DNA from: a virus
Lineage: Duplodnaviria; Caudoviricetes
DNA length: 64,000 bases
IMG/VR virus record: IMGVR_UViG_3300012930_000003
Span: 1,246-65,245 of that record
Reading direction: 5' to 3' (one strand)
The translations under genes and the position numbers were made by a program. Shown piece after piece: positions 38,416-47,792 of the stretch. Position 1 is the stretch's first letter, and each line of letters opens with the position of its first letter. Below the pieces are notes generated by a model. It saw only the letters and a list, made by a program, of their open reading frames with translations, searched no databases and was not told the origin of the DNA.

Positions 38416-40800
38416 ATGGCTGCTCGCGGTGAAATATTGGATGACGTCGAATATCGGGACATGACCGATAAAGGCGACGATTATTTCACGGCCCAAGGCA
38501 AATCCATCGACAAAGACGCGGATGACTGGAATTCCGAGAGTTCGGCGACCGACGCCGACGATATCCAGGCCCGTCCGGTTTCCCTGCTCGGCCCGCGCGA
38601 CAAGTTCATGATCCTGCAGCGGTGGTGGTATTCGGACGCGGACCAATCGGCCAATTGGCGCTCGCAGGCCACGGATGACCTCGGTTTCGTCGCTGGCGAG
38701 CAACTGACCGATGAGGACAAAGCCATTCTTGACGCTGCGAACCGCCCTCACGTCGTTTTCAACCGGGTGCTGACGATCATCAAGGCCATCGCCGGCATGG
38801 AAATCAACGGCCGGCATGAAATCGTGTTTCTGCCTGAGGAAAACGACGACACGATGGTTTCGGAAATCCTGTCGGGAACATCGAAATGGATGGGCCAGAA
38901 GTGCGACGGTGAGGACGAGCAGTCGGAGGCTTTCCAGAAGTGCGCCATTACCGGCATCGGCGTGACGGAATCCCGCTGGACCTATGAGTATGGGGCCAAG
39001 GGGAAATACGTCGAGGAGGAATTCGACTGCCGGGAGTTCTTCTGGGACCGGACGGCGAAGAAAAAGAACCTTGTTGACGCCCGGCGCATGGCTCGGGTTC
39101 GGCGGATGCCGCTTTCGGATGCCATGCAGATGTTTCCCGGCAAGTCGCGCCGTGCTCTTGATGCGTCGTGGGCGGACGCCGGGATTTATTACGATAGCGG
39201 GCCGCGATCGATCGAGGAAAAGCGCATTCGCGACGGCAAGAACTCATACCTCGATTGGGACGATACGAACGAAGTCACCATCGTCTGTATGCAGTGGTGG
39301 GAGCGTGAGCCGTATTACATGGTTGCCGACGAGCAATCGCAGGAAATGGTCGAGATGTCGCCGAAGGAATTTCGGACGCTGGACCGTATGCGCAGGTTGG
39401 CTGGCCAGCCGCGCCTTGACGGTGTGAAGATGACCAAGCGGGCCTATAAGCAGGCGTTCCTTGGGAATGAATATCTCGGGGGCGGCAAGGCGCCGCTGGG
39501 CCAGCAATTTAGCTGGGGCGTCATTACCGGCGAGTGGGATGCGAAAAAGCGGATGTGGTTCGGCCTGACGCGCGTGGTCCGCGACCCGCAGATGTGGGCC
39601 AACAAGTTCATGGCGCAGGTCATGCACATCATGAATTCGACGGCCAAGGGCGGTATCCTGGCGGAGCGGGACGCCTTTGACGACGAGTTGGAGGCCGAGG
39701 AAGGCTATGCGATGGCGGACACCATCACATGGCTCAAGAACGGCGCGCTGAGCCAAGGCAAAAACCCCAAGATTATGCCCAAGCCCGGCCAAGGCGACGC
39801 CTCGGCCTATGTGGCGCTCCTGCAATACGCCGTGACGGCCATTCCGCAGGTTACGGGGGTCAATTTCGAACTGCTCGGCCAGCAGGACATGCAGAACCCG
39901 GGCGTTGTCGAGGCGATGCGCAAGCAGGCCGGCATGACGGTGCTGGCGACGCTGTTCGATGCTTTGCGGCGGTATCGGAAGATAATCGGCCGGATGCGGC
40001 TGGACGTGATCCAGCGGCGCATGAGCGACGGGCGGATTATCCGGATTGTCGGGCCGCAATATACCGGCGCGGTGCGGCTGGCGAAGGATGTCACGGCCGG
40101 CGAGTACGATGTGACCGTTGACGACGCGCCGACGTCGCCGAACCAGAAAGAGGCGAACTGGCTGATTATTTCGTCGCTTATCCCGGTGTTCAAAGATCAA
40201 TTGATGCAACAGCCCGAATTGCTGGCGATGATCCTCGAATACTCGCCGCTTCCTGCTCCGTTGGTGGCTGCGTTCAAGCGGATTGCGCTCGCTCCGCCCG
40301 ATCCAGCGAAGGCTGCGGAGCAGCAGAAGGCCAAGGAATTGATGGTCGCGAAGGTTCTGGCTGAGATCAGCAAGGACGATTCGATTGCGAACATGAATAA
40401 CGCCAAGGCCGGGGCGCAGCAGGGCACGGCGGCCTACGATCTGGCGATTGCGCAGAATATGCAGCACGACAATGCGTTGCAGCGTGGGAAACTGTTAATT
40501 GACGCCAAGAAGGGCGATGCCGAGGTCGGCTTGATCCACGCCAAGGCGGCGCGGGAGGCGGCCGGCATTCACCACGACACGGCGTCAAGCGCGGTGGATA
40601 TCCTCAACGCCCGAACCAAGCATATCGAGGCGACGGACAAGATGCACACAAACCGCGTCGGGGCGCTGAGTGACCATATGGCGGCGACGGCTGGGGTGCA
40701 CCACGATTTGGCTGCGGCGTTCCAGAAGCGGGTTGCGGGGATGGTCGCGGCGCGGACGCCGATTGTTGATCCGAACAAGCAGAAGGCATCAAATGGCTAA
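38416..40800 (+). CDS. Portal protein (P22-like, long C-terminal barrel)
   Basis: DLGFVAGEQ...RPHVVFNRV, GLTRVVRDPQMWANK and YDVTVDDAPTSPNQK. About 795 aa. Confidence 0.88.
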   Translation: MAARGEILDDVEYRDMTDKGDDYFTAQGKSIDKDADDWNSESSATDADDIQARPVSLLGPRDKFMILQRWWYSDADQSANWRSQATDDLGFVAGEQLTDEDKAILDAANRPHVVFNRVLTIIKAIAGMEINGRHEIVFLPEENDDTMVSEILSGTSKWMGQKCDGEDEQSEAFQKCAITGIGVTESRWTYEYGAKGKYVEEEFDCREFFWDRTAKKKNLVDARRMARVRRMPLSDAMQMFPGKSRRALDASWADAGIYYDSGPRSIEEKRIRDGKNSYLDWDDTNEVTIVCMQWWEREPYYMVADEQSQEMVEMSPKEFRTLDRMRRLAGQPRLDGVKMTKRAYKQAFLGNEYLGGGKAPLGQQFSWGVITGEWDAKKRMWFGLTRVVRDPQMWANKFMAQVMHIMNSTAKGGILAERDAFDDELEAEEGYAMADTITWLKNGALSQGKNPKIMPKPGQGDASAYVALLQYAVTAIPQVTGVNFELLGQQDMQNPGVVEAMRKQAGMTVLATLFDALRRYRKIIGRMRLDVIQRRMSDGRIIRIVGPQYTGAVRLAKDVTAGEYDVTVDDAPTSPNQKEANWLIISSLIPVFKDQLMQQPELLAMILEYSPLPAPLVAAFKRIALAPPDPAKAAEQQKAKELMVAKVLAEISKDDSIANMNNAKAGAQQGTAAYDLAIAQNMQHDNALQRGKLLIDAKKGDAEVGLIHAKAAREAAGIHHDTASSAVDILNARTKHIEATDKMHTNRVGALSDHMAATAGVHHDLAAAFQKRVAGMVAARTPIVDPNKQKASNG

Positions 40801-40950
40801 TATTCCTGACGACGTTTTGGAGAAAGTGGCATCGGCGCTGACGGCGGCCGTTGGCATTACGATGGTTCACGCCAAGGAAATGAACAAGAAAATGCTTGAT
40901 GCGTCCATCGCGTTGGACGATGCCATCAATGCGGAAGATGCCGACGACGA

Positions 40951-41331
40951 ATGATCCGTTCCCACTCCGCACTACTCCGCCACGCGCAGGATTTCTTCGC
41001 CGCCGAACTAGTCGGCCTATACCGCTGGGACCGAGTGACGATTGCCGAGCCGGAGCGGATGCCTGCCATCCCGTCGAATGCCGAATACCGCGACCGTCGG
41101 CGGATGATGGAAGAACGCGAGGGGCGGGGGAAATACCTCGAACAGGTCCGGATATTGTTCAAGCCGTGGGAAATTCTGGTTTACTCGTCGATGGAGCGTC
41201 CTCCGCTTGGCGAGGTTTTGCTGCGGGACTTCGACAGCACGCAAACGCTGGTTGAGGGACCGCTCGACTCGGCCACTTGGTCGAAAATCGGAAATTGGAT
41301 AAGATCGCATCAACAGAGGATTGCATCATGA
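40951..41331 (+). CDS. Hypothetical protein
   Basis: ATGA overlaps on both sides. Confidence 0.55.
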   Translation: MIRSHSALLRHAQDFFAAELVGLYRWDRVTIAEPERMPAIPSNAEYRDRRRMMEEREGRGKYLEQVRILFKPWEILVYSSMERPPLGEVLLRDFDSTQTLVEGPLDSATWSKIGNWIRSHQQRIAS

Positions 41332-41852
41332 GGAAACCGATTTTATGTCTCGACTTTGACGGCGTGCTGCACAGTTATTCGAGCGGATGGAAAGGCGCTG
41401 ATGTGATCCCCGATCCGCCGACCGATGGCATGGCCGCTTTTCTGGATAAGGCGGTTGATTTTTTCGATGTGCAGATATTCAGCAGCCGCACGCATCAGCC
41501 CGGCGGCGTCGACGCCATGAAGCGATTTATTTGGGACGCCCTCGCTCATCATTTTGACTGCCCGTTCGCTGGCGATCCTCGCGGCTTTGATCGTGCACTT
41601 GCTGTGCGCGACGCCATTTCATACCCAACCGAGAAGCCTGCGGCCATGGTATCTATCGACGACCGGGCGCTCTGCTTTACCGGCAATTGGGCCGATTTCG
41701 ATCCGCAACGCCTTTTGGAGTTTCAGCCATGGAACAAGTCAAAGTCACTTGGTTCGACCATCAACGTGAGCCGCAGTGCGACCCTAATCCGGCGTATCCA
41801 GACGGCATTGATGTTGATCTTCGCGCCAAGTCGGGCGCGCGGGGCTGCGTAA
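41328..41852 (+). CDS. HAD-superfamily hydrolase/phosphatase
   Basis: ILCLDFDGVLHSY, IFSSR and EKPAAMVSIDDRA motifs. Confidence 0.8.
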   Translation: MRKPILCLDFDGVLHSYSSGWKGADVIPDPPTDGMAAFLDKAVDFFDVQIFSSRTHQPGGVDAMKRFIWDALAHHFDCPFAGDPRGFDRALAVRDAISYPTEKPAAMVSIDDRALCFTGNWADFDPQRLLEFQPWNKSKSLGSTINVSRSATLIRRIQTALMLIFAPSRARGAA

Positions 41853-41989
41853 CTGATCTGCCATATCCGGCCCCGCGTTGCGGCATATATCTCGTTGTCT
41901 GCGAAAAATGCGGGTATTCTGCCGCGATCACGACTGCGGGCCGTGTTGATGATCCGAAAAAGGTCACGCTGCCCTGCAAGCTGAATTAG
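41729..41989 (+). CDS. Small Cys-rich hypothetical protein
   Basis: GGAG RBS. PNPAYPDGIDVD...C...CGIYLVVCEKCG. Confidence 0.6.
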   Translation: MEQVKVTWFDHQREPQCDPNPAYPDGIDVDLRAKSGARGCVTDLPYPAPRCGIYLVVCEKCGYSAAITTAGRVDDPKKVTLPCKLN

Positions 41990-42009
41990 CACCGAAGGAA
42001 CCGCATCAA

Positions 42010-43257
42010 ATGGTTAACCCCGAGAAACTCCCCGATACCGATCAAGGCGCGTCGTCCGGCCCGGCCCCGATTGACGGGCTGACGGCAGAGGAGCAGGCGC
42101 AGCTTGACGCCATGCAGGCAGGCGAGGGCGGCACGCCGGAGGGCGGGAATGTTGACCCGTCCGGCGACGAGCCGATTGATCCGGACCCGGATGCGGAGCC
42201 TGAGGACGATCTCGGTGACGCGGAACCTGCCGAGGGCGACGCAGTTCCGGGTGAGCGCGAACCTGCCGCCGCTGATGGTGCCCAGCGCAAGCCCAAGACG
42301 ATCAGCTACGGCCGGCACCAAAAGGAACTCGCCAAGGCAGAGAAGGTGCGGGCGGACCTGCAGGCCCAACTCGACGGGTCACGCGGGGAGACGAAGAAGG
42401 AGCGCGAGGAACGGCTGCGGCTGGACGAACGCACGAAGATGCTGCTTGAGGCCATCCAAGCCAAGCCCGCGCCATCGGCCGTCGCTGCGGAACCTGCCGA
42501 CCCGGAACCGAACGCCGATGAGGACCCGATTGGGCACACCCAATGGGAAAACCGCCAGTTCCGGAAGGAACTCGACGAGATCAAGGGTGGCCAGAAGAAG
42601 CAGCAAGAGGTTTCGGCGGCGGAAACCGAGGAGCGGCAGGTGATGCAGGACCTAGACGCCGATATCGGCCGCGCGGTGGCGGCGGACCCGACGTTCACCG
42701 ACGCCTTTGTGCATCTGCGGGAGACTAGGTTCACGGAACTCGGGCATATCTTCGCGAACATCGATATCAACGACCCGCAACAGTGCGCGCAGTTGACGCC
42801 GAAGGAACAGGCGGAACTATCGCAGAATATCCAGCGCACGTTTATGAACGAGCAGCTTTTGGTCGCTCGGCAGGCTATCGGCGCCGGCCGTTCCCCTGCG
42901 GCGGTGATTGCCAATCTGGCCAAGGCGCGGGGGTTTAAGCCCAAGGCGGCCGACGCTGGCGACGGCGGGGCCGCTGAGGCGGCTGCGGCTGCCCGCGGCG
43001 GGAATGGCGCGGCCAAGCCCAGCAACGGCTCTGCGTCCCCTGCGGCTGGCGGGAAAGCACCTTCCGTGAAGGACCAACTGAACGCGGTGCGGGACAATCT
43101 GGAAGCCTCGCGGTCGCTTTCGGACGCTGGCGGATCGCCTGGGGCCAATATGACGCCGCAGCGGATCGCGGATATGTCGCCGGAGGAATTCGAGCGGTAC
43201 TATGACAGCATCCCCAAGGACCAGTTTGACCGGATGATGGGAAAGGTGCCGCAGTGA
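42010..43257 (+). CDS. Capsid scaffolding protein
   Basis: Acidic disordered N-terminus, coiled coils and IADMSPEEF C-terminus. Between portal and MCP. Confidence 0.75.
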   Translation: MVNPEKLPDTDQGASSGPAPIDGLTAEEQAQLDAMQAGEGGTPEGGNVDPSGDEPIDPDPDAEPEDDLGDAEPAEGDAVPGEREPAAADGAQRKPKTISYGRHQKELAKAEKVRADLQAQLDGSRGETKKEREERLRLDERTKMLLEAIQAKPAPSAVAAEPADPEPNADEDPIGHTQWENRQFRKELDEIKGGQKKQQEVSAAETEERQVMQDLDADIGRAVAADPTFTDAFVHLRETRFTELGHIFANIDINDPQQCAQLTPKEQAELSQNIQRTFMNEQLLVARQAIGAGRSPAAVIANLAKARGFKPKAADAGDGGAAEAAAAARGGNGAAKPSNGSASPAAGGKAPSVKDQLNAVRDNLEASRSLSDAGGSPGANMTPQRIADMSPEEFERYYDSIPKDQFDRMMGKVPQ

Positions 43258-43514
43258 CCGTCGACTGGGAATTGCTCGGATATTGCCTCGCCATGGTCGG
43301 GGCGGTGGTGGCTATGCTTTGGCTGCGTCCTCGGTGGGACACGGGCGGCGGCGCGCTGATGATATTCGCGCTGGGGATTATCGGCGCTCCGATTTGGACA
43401 GTGTTGCTGGCCCTCATCTGTCTATGGGGGCTGATTTACATGACCGCCACGCTCGCATGGTATATTTTCGTCGCGCCGTTTATCTGGCTGTATCGCCATC
43501 GGCGGGCGGCGTGA
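43254..43514 (+). CDS. Small multi-pass membrane protein
   Basis: Almost entirely hydrophobic, 86 aa, GTGA overlap with the scaffold stop. Confidence 0.55.
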   Translation: MTVDWELLGYCLAMVGAVVAMLWLRPRWDTGGGALMIFALGIIGAPIWTVLLALICLWGLIYMTATLAWYIFVAPFIWLYRHRRAA

Positions 43515-43679
43515 TCGAATACATCGCCATTAAGGTCACCAAGGCCATTCTCATCACATTCGGAATCCTGATCGGCGTTCCCTACGTTCTGGCGCTGATC
43601 GGGCTGGCGAGGGTCGCGGACCGCGCTGGGCGGCGGCGATATCGGAGAGTTTAACCGCACCGGACGGCTCCAACCTTGG

Positions 43680-43708
43680 CGGCCTCAGAAACGGGGCCGT
43701 TTTTCTTT
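43680..43708 (+). terminator. Rho-independent terminator
   Basis: CGGCCTC-AGAAAC-GGGGCCG followed by TTTTTCTTT. Confidence 0.75.
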
Positions 43709-43713
43709 GGGCG

Positions 43714-43742
43714 TTGACGAAACAATATTACACGGCTATATC
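43714..43742 (+). promoter_or_regulatory. Sigma70-type promoter for the capsid operon
   Basis: TTGACG-17nt-TATATC immediately after the terminator. Confidence 0.6.
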
Positions 43743-43919
43743 TGCGGCCGGGTCGAGTATGGAGACCAACGGACAGCTTTGCTGATCCCGAAAAAATACA
43801 CGGTGAGAACCGGCACCCAAACTAGGCACAAGGCCACCGCTTCGGGGCCTTAACCGATGCACCTCCACAAAATTTGAGCTTGGCCGCAGCGTGCGGCCGT
43901 CCCAAATGCAAGGTGCGCT

Positions 43920-45035
43920 ATGTCAACGACCAATTTCCCGCAAAATGACGCCCTTGCGGTAAAACTCTGGGCGCGGGTTCTGGAAACGGAAGCCCTCAAA
44001 TACACCGCCATTCGGCCACTCATCGGCAGCGACGAAAATTCCATCATCCATCTGCAGAACGCCTTGAGCAAAGGCCCGGGCGATCAAATCACCTACGCCA
44101 TCGTCATGCAGCTTGCGCAGGCTGGTTTCACCGAAAACCAACTGGCCGAGGGCAACGGCGAGGCGCTAACGACCTATTCCGACGCTCTGGTCATCAACGA
44201 ACTGATGGGCGTGGTCGGCGTCAAGTCCCGCCGGACCATCGACCAGCAGCGCGTGCCGTGGGACCTCCGCGACGTGGCCAAGGGCCGACTCCGCGACTGG
44301 TACGCCAAGCGGTATTCGGTCGAGTTCTTCAATCAGGTGTGCGGCTACACGCCTCAGGGCGATGCCCGATACACTGGCCTGAATGGCGTCACGGCGCCGT
44401 CGGCAACGCGCATTATTCGCCAGTCCGGCCGCGCGTCGGACGATCTTCTTACCTCGGCGGACACGTTCACCCTCGGCCTGATTGACGCGGCGAAGGAGGC
44501 GGCTATTACGGCTTCCCCGATGCTTCGGCCGATCCAGTACAAGGGCACGTCGATGCGGGAGGGCGGGCGTTCTGACTTCAACAACGCCCTTGAGGACATG
44601 TTCTGCATGTACCTCCATCCGTATCAGGTTACGGCGATGCGCCGGAACACGTCGACCGGCCAATGGCAGGACTTGCAGAAGGCGGCCTATATGGGCCTGC
44701 GCCAGACCGGCAACCCGATCTTCTCGGGCGCGATCGGCATTTACAACGGCGTCATTCTGCGCCAGGCGTTCGATGTCACCAATGGCGTCTCGGCGGCTGG
44801 CGCCGACGTGTCGACGGTCAAGCGGGCCGTGCTGCTCGGTGCGCAGGCTGCCATGATGGGCTTTGGCCAGGACAACGGCCCCACCAAGATCACTTGGAAC
44901 GAGGAACTTTTCGACCACAAACGGCGGTTGGAGATTTCCGCGCTCACCATCCACGGGATGAAAAAGACCCGGTACAATGCGGTGGACTACGGAACGATCG
45001 TCGTTTCGACCTACGCCGCTGCGTCAACGTTCTAA
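43920..45035 (+). CDS. Major capsid protein (DUF4043/N4-gp56-like)
   Basis: AVKLWA..L, GDQIT, EGNGEAL, YLHPYQ and NPIFSGAIGIYNGVIL motifs. 371 aa with strongly biased codons. Confidence 0.9.
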   Translation: MSTTNFPQNDALAVKLWARVLETEALKYTAIRPLIGSDENSIIHLQNALSKGPGDQITYAIVMQLAQAGFTENQLAEGNGEALTTYSDALVINELMGVVGVKSRRTIDQQRVPWDLRDVAKGRLRDWYAKRYSVEFFNQVCGYTPQGDARYTGLNGVTAPSATRIIRQSGRASDDLLTSADTFTLGLIDAAKEAAITASPMLRPIQYKGTSMREGGRSDFNNALEDMFCMYLHPYQVTAMRRNTSTGQWQDLQKAAYMGLRQTGNPIFSGAIGIYNGVILRQAFDVTNGVSAAGADVSTVKRAVLLGAQAAMMGFGQDNGPTKITWNEELFDHKRRLEISALTIHGMKKTRYNAVDYGTIVVSTYAAASTF

Positions 45036-45047
45036 GGGAGCAGCACA

Positions 45048-45467
45048 ATGACCACCGGAGTCCTCGGAGTTGCTGCGCGGCAGGACCCGCGCCAAGTCGT
45101 CAACACGCTGAAGAAGACGTTCAACTTCAACGACGCGGGCATTGCGACGGGTATCCCGTTCGACAATTACCTACCTCAGAACGCCTTCATCGAGAACGTG
45201 CTCGTCGAAATCGTCGCCGTGTTCAATGCTGGTACTACCAACGTCGTCACGGTCGGCACGGTCGCCGCCGCCTACAACAATATCGTGAACGCGGGCGATC
45301 TGAACGAGGCCGTGACGGGCGTGACGCAGGTTACGCGCTCGTTCGGGCGGTCGCTCACCGCATCCGGCGACGTGCTACCGTTCGTGATGTACACCCAGAC
45401 CGGCACCCCCGCGACCACGGGGCAGGGCATCTGCGTCATCTTCTATGAGGGCGGCTGGCTGTCGTAA
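45048..45467 (+). CDS. Capsid cement/decoration protein
   Basis: LPQNAFI...VFNAGTTNVVTVG jelly-roll pattern directly after the MCP. Confidence 0.7.
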   Translation: MTTGVLGVAARQDPRQVVNTLKKTFNFNDAGIATGIPFDNYLPQNAFIENVLVEIVAVFNAGTTNVVTVGTVAAAYNNIVNAGDLNEAVTGVTQVTRSFGRSLTASGDVLPFVMYTQTGTPATTGQGICVIFYEGGWLS

Positions 45468-45507
45468 ACCGCGCGGTCATATCTCTTATCGCACAACGGA
45501 GAATACG

Positions 45508-45849
45508 ATGCCTTTTACCCAAATTATCGACGGACTGCAGACCAACCAAGAGACAGGTTCTACGGCCGCGAACCTGTCGTCAGGTCTGACCTCGATCATC
45601 TCATCGACGGCGGCGCAGGCTTATGCTCTGCCGGCGCCGTTCCCCGGCCTGATGAAGACGATCGTCAAGACTTCATCGTCGACTGCGGTGCAGACGGTTT
45701 CGGCCACGGCTGGCGGCAGTACGTCCACCATCGGTCTCACCGGGGTTACGCTGACATTCAGCGCGGCGGATCAGTCCGTGATTCTGATGGGCGTGGCGGC
45801 GAACAAGTGGCAAATTGTTTCCAATGTGGGGTCGGTTACGGTATCCTGA
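45508..45849 (+). CDS. Small Ser/Thr-rich beta structural protein
   Basis: GGAG RBS. YALPAPFPGLMKTIV...KWQIVS. Confidence 0.6.
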   Translation: MPFTQIIDGLQTNQETGSTAANLSSGLTSIISSTAAQAYALPAPFPGLMKTIVKTSSSTAVQTVSATAGGSTSTIGLTGVTLTFSAADQSVILMGVAANKWQIVSNVGSVTVS

Positions 45850-45853
45850 GTGA

Positions 45854-46552
45854 ATGGGAAGCACGAAAAAGATCGCGGTACTTGGGACCGCCACAAGCAC
45901 TTTAGAGTTCGCCCCGGTCAACGATCCGTCGTGGGAGATTTGGGCGTGCTCACCTTGGATGCAGGGAAAGTTGCATCCTCGGTCGGATGGTGTCGGAGGG
46001 TTCGACCAGTTCTTTGAAATCCATCACTTGGCGCAATTTGCGCCATCAGAGGTGACGGAATTCATTCCATGGATGGGGAAGTGCGGAAAGCCGGTTCACG
46101 TATTCCACGACCTGGGAATTCCAAATCAGGTTTTCTATCCGAGGGAGAAGATTGAAGCCCAGCACGGTCCCGCATTCCTGACATCGACCATTGCATGGAT
46201 GCTCGCACTCGCGATTGACGAGAGGCCGGCCCAGATTGGAATCTGGGGGGTCGATATGGCGGAGGGAACAGAATACGCATGCCAGAAACAGGGGTGCTTG
46301 CACTTCATGGCTTTGGCGAAGTTGCTGGGAATTGATATCGCGTTGCCGTCCGGAAGTGAGTTGCTTAATGTGCGCGCACCTTACCCTGATCGTTATGCCA
46401 CCGACATCGCCGTCAGATTGAAGAAAATGATCGATAAGGCGAGTGCGGAATTGGTTGAGATCGAAAAGGGCTGCAGATTGGTTGACGAGGCAAGGGCCAC
46501 AAAGCGCGGCGAGTTGGAAGCTTTGAATTCAATATATCGGACCATGGTTTAA
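45854..46552 (+). CDS. Rossmann-like protein resembling sialyltransferase/MptE (DUF115) folds
   Basis: KIAVLGTATS...TSTIAWMLALAI...IGIWGVDM...EY. Confidence 0.5.
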   Translation: MGSTKKIAVLGTATSTLEFAPVNDPSWEIWACSPWMQGKLHPRSDGVGGFDQFFEIHHLAQFAPSEVTEFIPWMGKCGKPVHVFHDLGIPNQVFYPREKIEAQHGPAFLTSTIAWMLALAIDERPAQIGIWGVDMAEGTEYACQKQGCLHFMALAKLLGIDIALPSGSELLNVRAPYPDRYATDIAVRLKKMIDKASAELVEIEKGCRLVDEARATKRGELEALNSIYRTMV

Positions 46553-46565
46553 GGGGAATACGCAT

Positions 46566-47060
46566 ATGCTGAAACGCCTCCTGCCGTCCATCATCTTCGC
46601 GCTGGGCCTGATCGGTGCGGCGTATGCCGTGAATATCACCGGCACCAATACCGCGAACGAAAACTCCGTCGTGAAGATGGGTTACGAGCGGCTTTCGGTG
46701 ACGGACGCGATCACGGCCTTTGCTGGGGGAGGGCAGACCAGCGCGGTCCTGCTGGATTCGGGATACAATCGGGTCACCACCGTCGCGTCCGGAAACGATA
46801 GCGTCAAACTGCCGTCCTGCCATACCGGGGCGATCAGCGCCGGCCAATTGCCTGCGGGGCAGATTTCCGGCAATACGATTGGGTTGATCGTATGGGTCAC
46901 CAACGCCGCTGCATCGAACTCGATGAACGTCTATCCGCAGACGGGCGAGTCGATCAACGCCATCGCCGCGAACAGCCCATACGCGATGGCGGCAAACAAA
47001 ACCTCGGCTTTCATCTGCTCGCCGGCCGGAACGATTTGGTATTCGCTGCTTGGATCATAG
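46566..47060 (+). CDS. Head-module beta protein with signal peptide
   Basis: MLKRLLPSIIFALGLIGAAYA signal. ITAFAGGGQTSA...NRVTTVASGNDSVKLP motif of phage structural proteins. Confidence 0.7.
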   Translation: MLKRLLPSIIFALGLIGAAYAVNITGTNTANENSVVKMGYERLSVTDAITAFAGGGQTSAVLLDSGYNRVTTVASGNDSVKLPSCHTGAISAGQLPAGQISGNTIGLIVWVTNAAASNSMNVYPQTGESINAIAANSPYAMAANKTSAFICSPAGTIWYSLLGS

Positions 47061-47074
47061 TATGGTGGTGATGA

Positions 47075-47782
47075 ATGGCCACCGGGAAATCTGCAACGGA
47101 TATGATCGCGCGCATCGCGAGCGAACTCGGGCAGCGGTCTGATCTCGCCCCCGGCGGGGCTTATCCTACCGTCATCACGAACGCGATTTCTGATGCAGTC
47201 GGAATCTACCAGAAAGAGCGGTTTCGGTTCAACGAACTGCAGCCAATTTCCCCATTCACATTGAACACGGTGCAGGGCCAGACCGTTTATGGCGTGGCGG
47301 CAGATGCTCGCATTCCGACGCTATACAAAATCGACTATATCAATTATCTGCTCGGTACTACGACGGAGCGGATGGACCGTGTTTTCCCCGAGGATGTTTA
47401 TTTGGCGTTGCAGAACGGCACGGAAGCCGGGCCACCTCAAGAGTGGGCTTGGGATGGTCAGTCCATCGTCATCTATCCACGGCCGCCATCGACTTCGTAT
47501 CTGTTGACCATCGGCGGATACCTGGCTCTTGATGGCCCAGATTTGACGACGCAACCCGGGCGCGATGTCACCACAAATCCATGGATGAACGATGCGGAGC
47601 GGCTGATCCGGTCGCGCGCCAAATATGAGATTGCGCTCAATTTCACCCGCAATGACAAGATGGTGGCGGCGATGGCTCCTGACTTTGGCAGTGGGGGCGC
47701 GACGGAGCGCGCGTTCAATGAGTTGATAGGCGAGGCTAACAAAATCCGTGGCACATCCCGCATTCGTCCAATGCCATTCTGA
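47075..47782 (+). CDS. Head-to-tail adaptor
   Basis: MIARIASEL.RSDL...RFRFNE...YPRP...TNPWM...LIRSRAK. Position in the module. Confidence 0.7.
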   Translation: MATGKSATDMIARIASELGQRSDLAPGGAYPTVITNAISDAVGIYQKERFRFNELQPISPFTLNTVQGQTVYGVAADARIPTLYKIDYINYLLGTTTERMDRVFPEDVYLALQNGTEAGPPQEWAWDGQSIVIYPRPPSTSYLLTIGGYLALDGPDLTTQPGRDVTTNPWMNDAERLIRSRAKYEIALNFTRNDKMVAAMAPDFGSGGATERAFNELIGEANKIRGTSRIRPMPF

Positions 47783-47792
47783 GGGGCCATAG

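Noticed and set aside
39244-40467. Long antisense ORFs (also 18349-19332, 8005-8931, 2254-3303, 36533-37555, 42306-43148)
   Set aside because: They shadow well-supported genes on the other strand, which is expected from high GC3 codon bias. They show no motifs.
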